A stretch of DNA of 64,000 bases, from the IMG/VR virus record IMGVR_UViG_3300042542_004122, positions 8,162 through 72,161 of that record; one strand, written 5' to 3'. This stretch comes from a virus. Positions within the stretch are counted from its first letter, which is position 1, and each line of letters opens with the position of its first letter. Shown here one piece after another: positions 6,190-15,275 of the stretch. The notes under the pieces were generated by a model that did not search any database, was not told the DNA's origin, and was given only the letters and a program-made list of their open reading frames with translations. A program made the position numbers and the translations under genes.

Positions 6190-7215
6190 TTACTTCATTG
6201 GTGTTAGTGTAAGAGCATTTTTACGCACAAGTTCTCTCTGTGTTTTCGTCAATGGCACTAGACCCTTTTTTTCAAGGTATCCATTCTCAGCCATGGAACG
6301 ATCTGAAACATACTCAGCTATGAAATCTCTAATGCCAGGAATAACTTCAGCATGAGCATTCTTGACATAGACAAACAAGGAACGAGCGACTGGATATTTC
6401 TGTGTAGAGATATTTTCAAACTCTGGCTCTACCTCATCAATCTTTAATCCAATAAGCTTGTCTACGTTTTCTTCCAAGAACGAGTATCCAAAGACTCCAA
6501 TAATTAGATTGTTCTTGTTAGAAACCAGTCTCTGAACAATTAGATTATCATTTTCACCCGCCTCAATGAATTTGCCATCTTCACGAATTGAAGAGCAGGC
6601 AGCTTGCTTCTGTCTTGCATCCTGCAGAGACTTGATTTCATCGAAACTCTTGCAGCCATGATCCATTACCATTTCAACAAATGCATCGCGCGTCCCAGAA
6701 GTTGGAGGAGGACCCATGACTTCAATTGGAGCGTTTGGTAGTTTAGGATCAATCTCATTCCATTTCTGGTAGAAATTATTTACAAGCTTACCGTCCTTTG
6801 GCACCTGACGAGCCAAAGCAAGCCAAACGTGTTCGCGTGTCAAACTAAAAGGCTTTACATCCTTGCGAACCGCAAATACGATGCCATCATATCCAATCAT
6901 TACTTCAGTAATGCTCGTTACACCATTTTTGGCGCAAAGTTCAATTTCTGATTTTGTGATCGGACGAGACGCATTTGAAATGTCTGGGTGTTGTGTTCCT
7001 ATACCTGCACAAAACAGACGAAATCCACCACCCGTTCCAGTAGATTCTACAATAGGCGCCTTCAGACCTGATGTTCGACTGAAATTTTCAGCAACCGTTG
7101 TAGTAAATGGAAAAACTGTCGATGATCCAACAGCACGAATTTGATCTCTTGCGTTTTGTGCATATGCCGTAGTACTAATTAATAAAATTGTAGTAGCTGT
7201 GATTAGTAATTTCAA
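6190..7215 (-). CDS. pstS: phosphate ABC transporter substrate-binding protein
   Basis: Signal peptide, GSSTVFP, STGTGGG, GPPPTSGTRDAF, YPVARSLFVYVK. Confidence 0.95.
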   Translation of the reverse strand: MKLLITATTILLISTTAYAQNARDQIRAVGSSTVFPFTTTVAENFSRTSGLKAPIVESTGTGGGFRLFCAGIGTQHPDISNASRPITKSEIELCAKNGVTSITEVMIGYDGIVFAVRKDVKPFSLTREHVWLALARQVPKDGKLVNNFYQKWNEIDPKLPNAPIEVMGPPPTSGTRDAFVEMVMDHGCKSFDEIKSLQDARQKQAACSSIREDGKFIEAGENDNLIVQRLVSNKNNLIIGVFGYSFLEENVDKLIGLKIDEVEPEFENISTQKYPVARSLFVYVKNAHAEVIPGIRDFIAEYVSDRSMAENGYLEKKGLVPLTKTQRELVRKNALTLTPMK

Positions 7216-7240
7216 TGTAATCTCCTTCTTAAGATAATGT

Positions 7241-7274
7241 ATTATAGCATAAAATTATTACAGGAATATTACAA
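7241..7274 (-). promoter_or_regulatory. Pho box plus -10 element upstream of pstS
   Basis: TTGTAAT-ATTC-CTGTAAT (11-bp period), then 10 nt, then TATAAT; matches PhoB promoter geometry. Confidence 0.75.
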
Positions 7275-7440
7275 ATTGAGATTTTAACTAGGATATCTAT
7301 CCATTTCTTCTAGCAAAATTATTGCTTCTTGTTTAGTTATATTAAATTCTCGCATGACCATTTCCAAAAAATCAGGTCTGCCTTGCACGAGATCGTAGTC
7401 TAGCTGTCTCCATGCTTGGTGCATCAATCTAACTCTGTCT

Positions 7441-7692
7441 TCAGCCGACATAACTATTACCTAAAGAGTTTAGAATAGACCTAAGTTTATCATGCTCTTT
7501 GCAAAGAGTCTCTAGATCTATATAGCTTCCATCTTCTAAACAATAAGCATACTTTATCTGATATCTAAGCTGCCCTATTTGTTTTTCGAGAAATTCTATC
7601 TCTCCTACTACATTTTCTAAGGACTGTTGGCTATCGCGAATAGCAATTGCTAATTCAGTAATTCTATTTTTTAGGGTAGCTTCTCTTATCAT
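7441..7692 (-). CDS. hypothetical coiled-coil protein
   Basis: 83-aa ORF coupled to the upstream gene. Confidence 0.6.
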   Translation of the reverse strand: MIREATLKNRITELAIAIRDSQQSLENVVGEIEFLEKQIGQLRYQIKYAYCLEDGSYIDLETLCKEHDKLRSILNSLGNSYVG

Positions 7693-8210
7693 AGTTCGCT
7701 CATTGCTAACTTGGTAAAATCAGTGGCCTGCTTGCAAAACTCTTCCCTGAGAGGCTCTTGATCTGGCAGAGTAGAGTTAAGAAATTGCTTGCGTATCTTT
7801 CTATAAATGGTTTTAAAAATCTCACCATGAGGAGTGTCCCTAAAGTAATTAACCTTATACAGATAGAACTGACTAGCATGGGCTATCTCGTGACACAGAA
7901 TCATCTTTAGACCGTCCATCTTGTTATCTGTAAAAAATCCACCGATATCAGGATCTTTATCAAATGACTTATACTCATGAACTCTATATGCTTTTACAGA
8001 TGAGTAACTACTGCCGTATCGCTGCATAGCGATATTAATACCAGGGCCAGAAGAATACATTCCGCCTCGAGAAGTAACTCGATGTGGAGACCAATCAAAT
8101 TCAACCTTAGTCAGTTTAAATCCTTTCCAGACTCCGCCCTGAGAAATAGTCCAATCCTCAATATCTTTGATATACTGACGAGCTTTATCTTCACAAACTA
8201 TCTTTAGCAT
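7689..8210 (-). CDS. SprT-like zinc metalloprotease
   Basis: HEIAH followed by PHGEIFK; leaderless ATG 6 nt after the -10 box. Confidence 0.75.
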   Translation of the reverse strand: MLKIVCEDKARQYIKDIEDWTISQGGVWKGFKLTKVEFDWSPHRVTSRGGMYSSGPGINIAMQRYGSSYSSVKAYRVHEYKSFDKDPDIGGFFTDNKMDGLKMILCHEIAHASQFYLYKVNYFRDTPHGEIFKTIYRKIRKQFLNSTLPDQEPLREEFCKQATDFTKLAMSEL

Positions 8211-8252
8211 AGACACATTATCTCACATACAGAGTAATTTAGCAAGTTAAAA

Positions 8253-8570
8253 CTAAATACTAAAAGACTTCCCACACCCACATCCAGCTTTTTGATTCGG
8301 GTTTTTAAGTTTCAAACCGCTGCTTCCAATAGTCTGTTCGTAATCTAACTCTGTCCCAGCTACATATAGTAAACTCATACTGTCTACAAAAAACTTACAA
8401 GTTAAAAGATCTATCTCAAAGTCATCAGGTTCTGCACTATCTACAAATTCATAGTTATACACAAAACCAGAACATCCTCCGCCCTTGACTTCTAATTTAA
8501 CCGCCTGCTTATTGTTTTCTTTGCATAGATACCTAATATAATCTCTAGCGATGGGAGTTAAGCTAAACAT
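8253..8570 (-). CDS. iscA: IscA/HesB A-type Fe-S carrier
   Basis: GGGCSG and NPNQKAGCGCGKSF. Confidence 0.9.
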   Translation of the reverse strand: MFSLTPIARDYIRYLCKENNKQAVKLEVKGGGCSGFVYNYEFVDSAEPDDFEIDLLTCKFFVDSMSLLYVAGTELDYEQTIGSSGLKLKNPNQKAGCGCGKSFSI

Positions 8571-10056
8571 TTTGTTTTTTGTAAATTGTATTGCCTACTA
8601 CCAACACATCTATGTCTGTTGATTTAAATAAGTTCATGGCATTCTCAATCCAGCCTGCTATAGGTTTTCCTGCTTCGTTAAGGCTTGTGTTTAATAATAA
8701 AGGGCACCCCGATAGTTCATGGAAAACTTCTAACAATTTTCTAAAAGCATAGTCAAACGATTCATTGACAGTTTGAGCGCGACAAGTTCCGTCGACATGA
8801 GTTATAGCTTGTAAATTATCTTTTTGTGTTGTGCCTAGATAAAGCATATACGGATTTTCAAAATCTAGATCAAAATATTCTTTGCCATACTCTTGCAAAA
8901 CACTAGCTCCAAAAGGTCTGTAGTACTCTCTATTTTTAACCCTATTAATTATATCTTTTCCATTTTTAATTCTTGGGTCCATTAGTATAGATCTGTGCCC
9001 TAATGCTCGTGGACCTATCTCACCATGTCCTTGATACCATGCAACAATTTTACCTTCATTTAAAAATTTAGCTGTTTGATATATGGTATCAATAGTAGGT
9101 TGGCTATGTGGAGACTGATCAGACTGCATGAATGGATATCTAGACATATTAAACTTAGGTAAATTTTTTGATTGTCTAAATAGTTCAAGTGTTCCAAAAG
9201 TTAATCCCTCATCGCTGCAATGTGGATATATTATGAGATTGGGGTATTTTTTCTTTAACAACGTATTCCAAACAACATTTTGTGCTACTCCACCTGAATA
9301 GCCTATTCTCTCATGCGGTTTGAAATGTTTTTCAAAAAATTCTAGTAGTAATTCGCCTATTCTAAAATGAATAGTGTGAGCAATATCTAATTTTTGTTGC
9401 AGAGGTAATGTTCTATCAACAAAATATAAATGATCGTCAGATGCAACTGTCCATTTCCAAGGTCTGTCTTTACGCATACCTTTAACTGCAGTGCTAGTAT
9501 AGTTCATGTTGTACTTTAAAAGATTTTCATAATGTTTCAAATTTAATCTACCATAACTTTGCCAACCCATAAGTTTACCCGCAAGATCAAGGCCATGACC
9601 TTCAATATCTAAATAATTTGCTATTATCCCCAAACCGTCGCCAAAACTTACGCCAGAATTAGAGGTAAGTATTTGGCTTATAATTTTATCATCTCTAAAA
9701 ATGCTACACCAAAGATCAGCGTTATCCCCTAATCCATCAACTACTACATGAGCATCTATTTTTTCTTTTTCTAATATCTCTACACTATATGCATGCTTTC
9801 TATGATGCCCTTGATACTTTTGATGTTCTGAGTAGCTAATATCTAAAAAGTTACCATTATATTTATTTTTACAATAAACAGCAATAAAATCTTGAATTTG
9901 AAATTCAACAGCGGACTTGCCAGTAATATAAAATCCAAAATGTTTATTTTGTAAAAGCCTTTCAAATTTTAAATAGCCTACTTTAGTATTAAAATAAGCT
10001 ATGGAAGCATCATGATAAGGATGTGATGCTACTATGCTTAACATAATTTCTTGCAC
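8563..10056 (-). CDS. NodU/CmcH-family carbamoyltransferase
   Basis: HDAS, HHRKHA, AGKLMG, EIGPRALGHRSIL, KNREYYRPFG, HVDGTCRAQ, LNTSLN. Confidence 0.92.
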   Translation of the reverse strand: MQEIMLSIVASHPYHDASIAYFNTKVGYLKFERLLQNKHFGFYITGKSAVEFQIQDFIAVYCKNKYNGNFLDISYSEHQKYQGHHRKHAYSVEILEKEKIDAHVVVDGLGDNADLWCSIFRDDKIISQILTSNSGVSFGDGLGIIANYLDIEGHGLDLAGKLMGWQSYGRLNLKHYENLLKYNMNYTSTAVKGMRKDRPWKWTVASDDHLYFVDRTLPLQQKLDIAHTIHFRIGELLLEFFEKHFKPHERIGYSGGVAQNVVWNTLLKKKYPNLIIYPHCSDEGLTFGTLELFRQSKNLPKFNMSRYPFMQSDQSPHSQPTIDTIYQTAKFLNEGKIVAWYQGHGEIGPRALGHRSILMDPRIKNGKDIINRVKNREYYRPFGASVLQEYGKEYFDLDFENPYMLYLGTTQKDNLQAITHVDGTCRAQTVNESFDYAFRKLLEVFHELSGCPLLLNTSLNEAGKPIAGWIENAMNLFKSTDIDVLVVGNTIYKKQNV

Positions 10057-10987
10057 AACTTAGCAATCGATTCTGAATACGAGATTCTGAGTATAAAGCT
10101 CTTAGGTGTTTACTATACTTTAGATCGTCTATCAATCTTTTCAACATTTTCAATTGAGTATTTTTATTAATTTCAGATGTTAATCCTATATATTTTAAAA
10201 AGGTATTAATGTCTGAAAGTTCTTCTTCTTTATTGATTAGTGCTAAAAACTCTCTATGAAAACCAAAAACACTGATTTCACATTTGGTAGTATAAGTATT
10301 TAGTAATTCATATAATAGCCTGTAATTTTTATCAATCCAGAATTTTTTCCAAAATGTTCTATATTGTACTTTTAGTTCTATTTCATTAATAAAATTATCT
10401 GGTAAAAGATATGAGTAGAATAAAAATTCGCAAGGTTTATCTTGATTAAGAAGAACATCAATCGCTTCTTCTATGTTTTCAATTTTATCTAGATACTTTT
10501 TTTGAACATAAAAAGGCGTATGAGGTGTTAGAAAATAGTCTAATGATTTTTTTTTAAAGTAGTTACTGTAATCATCTACACATTTTTTTGATGGAAAAAT
10601 ATCATGTGCATGTATAGGGCTAATATTACCTGAGCCAATAGTATTTTTCCAATTTGAATAGCTACTATTTCTAATAAAAAAATTCAATGGACCTAGAAGG
10701 AGGTAATCACCATCTATAAACTGAGAAACAAGTATTTTAATTCCCTGATGTCTAAACCATCCATTCTTATAAGAATTTACCTTTGCAAAATCTTTGACAC
10801 TTAAAACTTTTACAGAATTTTTGTCTTTATAATATTTCTCAATTAAAACATTCCACTTTTCAAAATCTGTATATTCATTAATAATTATCCAATGAACATA
10901 CGAATCTATAAATTTGGATATTGATTCTAGTTGAAGTTCAAAAACTTCAAAATCACGGTCACAAACAATAGTAACTATATTCAACAT
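10010..10987 (-). CDS. hypothetical glycosyltransferase-like protein
   Basis: IVCDRDF...LQLESI and GWFRHQGIKI; resembles GT-A-like phage proteins. Confidence 0.55.
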   Translation of the reverse strand: MLNIVTIVCDRDFEVFELQLESISKFIDSYVHWIIINEYTDFEKWNVLIEKYYKDKNSVKVLSVKDFAKVNSYKNGWFRHQGIKILVSQFIDGDYLLLGPLNFFIRNSSYSNWKNTIGSGNISPIHAHDIFPSKKCVDDYSNYFKKKSLDYFLTPHTPFYVQKKYLDKIENIEEAIDVLLNQDKPCEFLFYSYLLPDNFINEIELKVQYRTFWKKFWIDKNYRLLYELLNTYTTKCEISVFGFHREFLALINKEEELSDINTFLKYIGLTSEINKNTQLKMLKRLIDDLKYSKHLRALYSESRIQNRLLSCARNYVKHSSITSLS

Positions 10988-10990
10988 TCA

Positions 10991-11641
10991 TCAATCTTTA
11001 AGAGTATTAAAACTATCATCCATAACAAACTCAGTCATATAACTATCGTCTGTATACATCTTATCTTTATTTTCTACAGAATATATTGTAAGATCAATCT
11101 CATAACCTGGATTACTAGTTATAGGATCTTTCACCCAGGCATTGTCATGCCAGATAATTCTATTATTAGGATAAATGTAGTAGTTGCCCTCGTCCATTTG
11201 GAATAGGTGGCCGCACTTATGTTCTGGAGTTTCAGAGAAGTTAGTATCTAATATTGCTCTATTTTCAAAAGACCAATCGAGAGTGAACAAATATATACCT
11301 TCTCTCTTATCTCCTGTTGGGGATATAAGTTTAGCTCTTAGTCTATTTAGTCTTGCTCTAACTTGCACATCTATATAAGGACTAAAACAATCCCAATATA
11401 TATGCTCATTCAATGCTCTAACTGGAGCATCTTGCTTCCAACAAAAGGCTGTTATAGGTCTACGAGTCCAATTTACTCCATTTTCTAAAAATGCTTCAAA
11501 TAGAGGAACTCTATTCTCAATAGAAGCTACTGAGTGCATATTGCAAGGAGTATACTCCCCGTGACCTTTACGGTGATTAAACAGATATTCATTCCTAATA
11601 TAACAAGGTATAGTAGGTATATTATGATTTAAATAAGACAT
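10991..11641 (-). CDS. conserved phage hypothetical protein
   Basis: 216-aa ORF (SYLNHNIP...WDCFS...YLFTLDW...EHKCGH...PNNR). Confidence 0.8.
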   Translation of the reverse strand: MSYLNHNIPTIPCYIRNEYLFNHRKGHGEYTPCNMHSVASIENRVPLFEAFLENGVNWTRRPITAFCWKQDAPVRALNEHIYWDCFSPYIDVQVRARLNRLRAKLISPTGDKREGIYLFTLDWSFENRAILDTNFSETPEHKCGHLFQMDEGNYYIYPNNRIIWHDNAWVKDPITSNPGYEIDLTIYSVENKDKMYTDDSYMTEFVMDDSFNTLKD

Positions 11642-12081
11642 TATTCACACCAAGATTTTTTTTCCTCTCCATAATACTCTCTAGCTAGTCCAGCTGCAAT
11701 TAAAGATTTAGCTAAGTTTACATCGCCAACCATTACATCGGCATTAATTCTTCCACCAAATTTATCCCATTTAACTTTGCTAAAAGTAATAGTGGTATTA
11801 TTAGCCTTTGCAGTCTCTATTAGTTTTTTGGTGTGCTCAGTAGCTTTGACAGCTAGTGCAGCCTCAGAAGGGCACTTGGCTCTTCCACCTTTTTCTGGCG
11901 TATCTACTCCTAGAACTCTTACTTTAAGTCCTAATTCAGGAGGTAGTCTCATAGAGGCTACATCAATCTCTAAAGTATCTCCATCTACAACTCTTAAAAC
12001 TTTCCAGTCATATGATTTTGTCTGTGCAAATGCAGTTGTTGCAATAAGAACAAATGCAGTAGATAATAATAACTTTTTCAT
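11641..12081 (-). CDS. secreted thermonuclease (SNase family)
   Basis: Signal peptide, VVDGDT, VRVLGVDTPE, DKFGGR. Confidence 0.9.
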   Translation of the reverse strand: MKKLLLSTAFVLIATTAFAQTKSYDWKVLRVVDGDTLEIDVASMRLPPELGLKVRVLGVDTPEKGGRAKCPSEAALAVKATEHTKKLIETAKANNTTITFSKVKWDKFGGRINADVMVGDVNLAKSLIAAGLAREYYGEEKKSWCE

Positions 12082-12201
12082 GATTTACCTAATTTTCCTT
12101 TTTTCTTTTCTCCAGTTTCTCTAGAGATAAGACCTCTGGCTTTTAATCTAGCCTCTGCTGTAGCTCCGACTGATTCGCCTCTTTTATACTTAGATAACAT
12201 T

Positions 12202-12387
12202 TTATCCAAGTGAGATTTCATCTTTTTTCCCTGAAATCGAAGTGCCATAGATATCCTTTTTGGAGCTGTGTAAGTTGTAAGCAGATATATAATCGTAGAA
12301 CTCGTCTAAGATTTTTAACTTTTTAGCACGTTGTTCACAGTTATATGGAAATTTTAAATGAAGACCGTTACAAACTACGCAGCGCAT
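12202..12387 (-). CDS. small hypothetical protein
   Basis: 61-aa ORF with CxxC...H...C. Confidence 0.45.
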   Translation of the reverse strand: MRCVVCNGLHLKFPYNCEQRAKKLKILDEFYDYISAYNLHSSKKDIYGTSISGKKDEISLG

Positions 12388-12427
12388 AGTTAAAGCTTAT
12401 CGTAGTAAGGTCCAGTAGTCAATAATA

Positions 12428-12452
12428 AAAAAACCGGGATTTCTCCCGGTTT
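12428..12452 (-). terminator. rho-independent terminator
   Basis: AAACCGGGA-N4-TCCCGGTTT with T run. Confidence 0.7.
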
Positions 12453-12454
12453 AA

Positions 12455-12811
12455 TTAGACTCCAAGTCCTCTATATTCTTCTTTTACTCGTATATTATCA
12501 GTTTCTAACTCTCGTCGCAAAACCTCTATAGCTTTCCAAGGATCACAATTACCGCAAGTAAAGATGTCTATACTAGCGTAATTAAGTTCTGGAAACGTGT
12601 GCCAAGAAGCGTGGCTTTCTGCTAAGAGAATTACTCCGCTGCATCCTTGCGGAGAGAACTGATGATCGTGCACATGGATAATAGTTGCCCCTGTCGCATT
12701 ACAGGCCATGAGCATTGCATTTAACACATTCTCTCTAGTTAGAGCCGGAGAGTCAAACACCTCAATTAAGAGGTGTTTGCCTACGTAGTTTGTAGGATGA
12801 GAAAAACTCAT
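12455..12811 (-). CDS. speD: S-adenosylmethionine decarboxylase proenzyme
   Basis: GKHLL, FSPQGCSGVILLAESHASWHTFPE, DIFTCG. Confidence 0.9.
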   Translation of the reverse strand: MSFSHPTNYVGKHLLIEVFDSPALTRENVLNAMLMACNATGATIIHVHDHQFSPQGCSGVILLAESHASWHTFPELNYASIDIFTCGNCDPWKAIEVLRRELETDNIRVKEEYRGLGV

Positions 12812-12812
12812 C

Positions 12813-13181
12813 TTAGCAAGCCTGGCGAATGGTAAAGTCCCACTTTGCGTTCTGTGGCTCAAACCACTCACGGAAGTGAGCGACTACAGCCTCATTGTCG
12901 AACGGCTTGCAAGAAAAGATATCTAGATATCCATCGCCTGACTCATTGCACAGATGGGCAGTAATGCTTGAGGTTTCGATTGGCTGAAGTAGTGTGATAC
13001 CGCATAGATCAGGGCGATCCTTTGGACCACAATCTTCAATCCAAGGAGTGCCCATTGACTTCATGCCAATGAGTTTAAGTAGTGATTCGTTATATTGAAG
13101 AACATACGGAATGCTCTTGATTTTTTCGATGACGCAAGCGCGTGCATCAATACGTAGGTGATATCCCCAGTAGTTTGACAT
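12813..13181 (-). CDS. second SAM-decarboxylase-like pyruvoyl enzyme
   Basis: WGYHLRID, GITLLQPIETSSITAH, YLDIFSCKPF; AAGGA RBS before MSNYW. Confidence 0.8.
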   Translation of the reverse strand: MSNYWGYHLRIDARACVIEKIKSIPYVLQYNESLLKLIGMKSMGTPWIEDCGPKDRPDLCGITLLQPIETSSITAHLCNESGDGYLDIFSCKPFDNEAVVAHFREWFEPQNAKWDFTIRQAC

Positions 13182-13324
13182 AGTGGTTCCTTTCATCAAA
13201 TATTTAAATAAGATGAAGAAGCCCACTCTTCCATTCTTAATCTAGGGCTATCAGGCAGGTTTAGCTTAGCAAACTGCCAAAATGTAATATATAATACAAC
13301 TTTCTTAAGTGTTGGGCAAATATA

Positions 13325-13355
13325 AAATGCCAGCATTTGTTTAATGCTGGCATTT
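13325..13355 (-). terminator. hairpin terminator
   Basis: AAATGCCAGCATT-N5-AATGCTGGCATTT. Confidence 0.65.
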
Positions 13356-13358
13356 AAT

Positions 13359-13430
13359 TGGTGGCTTGACCTGGAATCGCACCAGAATGGCAGACTTATG
13401 AGATCCGCTCGGTTAACTAAACCTCAAGCC
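13359..13430 (-). tRNA. compact atypical tRNA(CAT), Ile2 or Met
   Basis: 72 nt; 6-bp anticodon stem GCGGAT-CTCATAA-GTCTGC, 5-nt D-loop, 3-nt V-loop, ACCA. Confidence 0.7.
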
Positions 13431-13436
13431 TTGCAT

Positions 13437-14012
13437 TTATAGCGTAGGACCGCCGACGGGGCGATTACATTCGCATAGTTGATCAGTAAGGAGTGCATCT
13501 AGAATACGTAGGGTCTCATCAGCACTACGTCCTACGTTTAGGTTATTCACCGAAACGTGCTGAATAACATCGCTAGGATCTACGATAAAAGTTGCACGGA
13601 GTGCAACACCAGAGGTAGTATCAAGAACTCCTAGCTGATAGGCTAGGCCTGTAATCTCGACATCTTCTACAGGATCTACAAATCCTTCTCGAAGAGTATC
13701 GGCAAACATCCAAGAATTAGTCTTCTTTAGATCGGGATGTGCGTTTCTCCATGCTAGCTTGCAGAACTCATTATCGGTTGATCCGATAAGAAGAACTGTA
13801 TCTCGGTCTTCAAAATCCTTATTTAGCTTATCATAAGCTACAATCTCAGTAGGGCATACAAAGGTAAAGTCTTTAGGATAAAATACTATTACTTTCCACT
13901 TACCCGGAAAACTAGTCTCATCAATATGCTCAAAAGCATCCTCACCCTCTAATACTCCTGGCTTAACGCCTTTAATATTAAATGATTCTAGCTTATCTCC
14001 AACGGTTTTCAT
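13437..14012 (-). CDS. ahpC: AhpC-type peroxiredoxin
   Basis: FYPKDFTFVCPTEI, RATFIVDP, GRSADE. Confidence 0.95.
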   Translation of the reverse strand: MKTVGDKLESFNIKGVKPGVLEGEDAFEHIDETSFPGKWKVIVFYPKDFTFVCPTEIVAYDKLNKDFEDRDTVLLIGSTDNEFCKLAWRNAHPDLKKTNSWMFADTLREGFVDPVEDVEITGLAYQLGVLDTTSGVALRATFIVDPSDVIQHVSVNNLNVGRSADETLRILDALLTDQLCECNRPVGGPTL

Positions 14013-14485
14013 TTCTTCTCACTTTCTTCTTTCAAAACATACTGTTGCATTTTATTGTGTGGTATTCCTGCAACATGAATACCAGGGGAACGTTGTCCCT
14101 TGCCGCTTTCATCAAAATAGTTTTTAAACTGTATATTGTACGGTCTAAAATCTACATTGGCGGTTTTATACGCTCCAATAGTCATAACTTCTATTGGAGA
14201 CGGATATAGTTTATCGTAAGCAGCTTTAACTACTTTCATTACAGATTCAGCTCCTTTGCTGAAACCGTAAAGATAGTAGCATTTTTCATCTTCGACTATA
14301 GACATAGCAATATCTAAGTCTTCATGATAAAGTGTTATAGGATACAATCCTCGTAATTTAGCATAATCTTCAAAAGCTGCCTGATCAAATTGGCCTTTTA
14401 AACCACGAAAACCTATGATAACACAGTCGTTAGCATAGGTTTGTAGAGGCCATATAGTTAGTATGGTTGCGATTAGTTTTTTCAT
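14009..14485 (-). CDS. secreted hypothetical protein with GxSxG motif
   Basis: Signal peptide; LYGFSKGA resembles a nucleophile elbow. Confidence 0.6.
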   Translation of the reverse strand: MKKLIATILTIWPLQTYANDCVIIGFRGLKGQFDQAAFEDYAKLRGLYPITLYHEDLDIAMSIVEDEKCYYLYGFSKGAESVMKVVKAAYDKLYPSPIEVMTIGAYKTANVDFRPYNIQFKNYFDESGKGQRSPGIHVAGIPHNKMQQYVLKEESEKK

Positions 14486-14715
14486 TTTAAAATTTGGTGT
14501 GGGCTATGCACAAGAGCGTTGCATCTTGCCATGATCTCTTTTCCAATCCCCCACACAGACTAGAACGTTCTGTCATCTCTATAAACCTTCACCAACCGAC
14601 AGCTCAGAGTGTGAATTTGTTGAGAAATTTTACATAGCCTCTTCAACAGGCTCTCCTCTAGCAGTCTTCATTGACTGACGTTACGTATCGTGTCAATCCA
14701 TCGTCTACTAGAAAC

Positions 14716-14792
14716 TGGCGCCTCTGGCAGGAGTCGAACCCACAACCGCTCGGGTAGAAACCGATTGCTCTATCCAATTGAGCTACAAAGGC
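14716..14792 (-). tRNA. tRNA-Arg(TCT)
   Basis: Cloverleaf, loop TTTCTAC, CCA. Confidence 0.9.
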
Positions 14793-14846
14793 ATTTAACT
14801 TTATGATTAATAATATCAAGTTTAGAGATAACTTGCAACTAAAAAA

Positions 14847-14920
14847 TGGCACCGGCACAAGGACTTGAACCCTGACAAACAGATTTGGAGGCTGTCGTGC
14901 TACCATTACACTATGCCGAT
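14847..14920 (-). tRNA. tRNA-Trp(CCA)
   Basis: Cloverleaf, loop CTCCAAA, GCCA end. Confidence 0.88.
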
Positions 14921-14924
14921 AATT

Positions 14925-15010
14925 TGGTGCCCGCAGCCAGACTTGAACTGGCACGCCTCTAAAGGCTACGGATTTTAAGTCCGTTGCGTCTGCCATTCCG
15001 CCATGCGGGC
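14925..15010 (-). tRNA. tRNA-Leu(TAA)
   Basis: Long V-arm, loop CTTAAAA, ACCA. Confidence 0.92.
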
Positions 15011-15015
15011 AATAT

Positions 15016-15091
15016 TGGTAGCCGTAGAAGGAGTTGCACCTACAACATCTCACTAATCAGGTGAGCGCTCTGCTAATTGAGCTATACGGCT
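15016..15091 (-). tRNA. tRNA-Ile(GAT)
   Basis: CTCAC-CTGATTA-GTGAG, ACCA. Confidence 0.88.
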
Positions 15092-15096
15092 ACAAT

Positions 15097-15190
15097 TGGT
15101 AGTCCCACCAGGATTCGAACCTGGACTGCTCTCTAATCTGGAGACAATGCCGAATATAAGTCGGGTGTTCTACCGTTAAACTATGGGACC
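15097..15190 (-). tRNA. tRNA-Ile(TAT) with long extra arm
   Basis: CCGA-CTTATAT-TCGG, then an insertion of about 23 nt before the T-arm; ACCA. Confidence 0.75.
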
Positions 15191-15199
15191 ATAAAAATA

Positions 15200-15275
15200 T
15201 GGAGGGCCCCGTCGGAGTCGAACCGACAACCTACAACTTAAAAGGATGCTGCTCTGCCAATTGAGCTAGGGGCCC
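15200..15275 (-). tRNA. tRNA-Lys(TTT)
   Basis: Cloverleaf, loop CTTTTAA, CCA. Confidence 0.88.
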
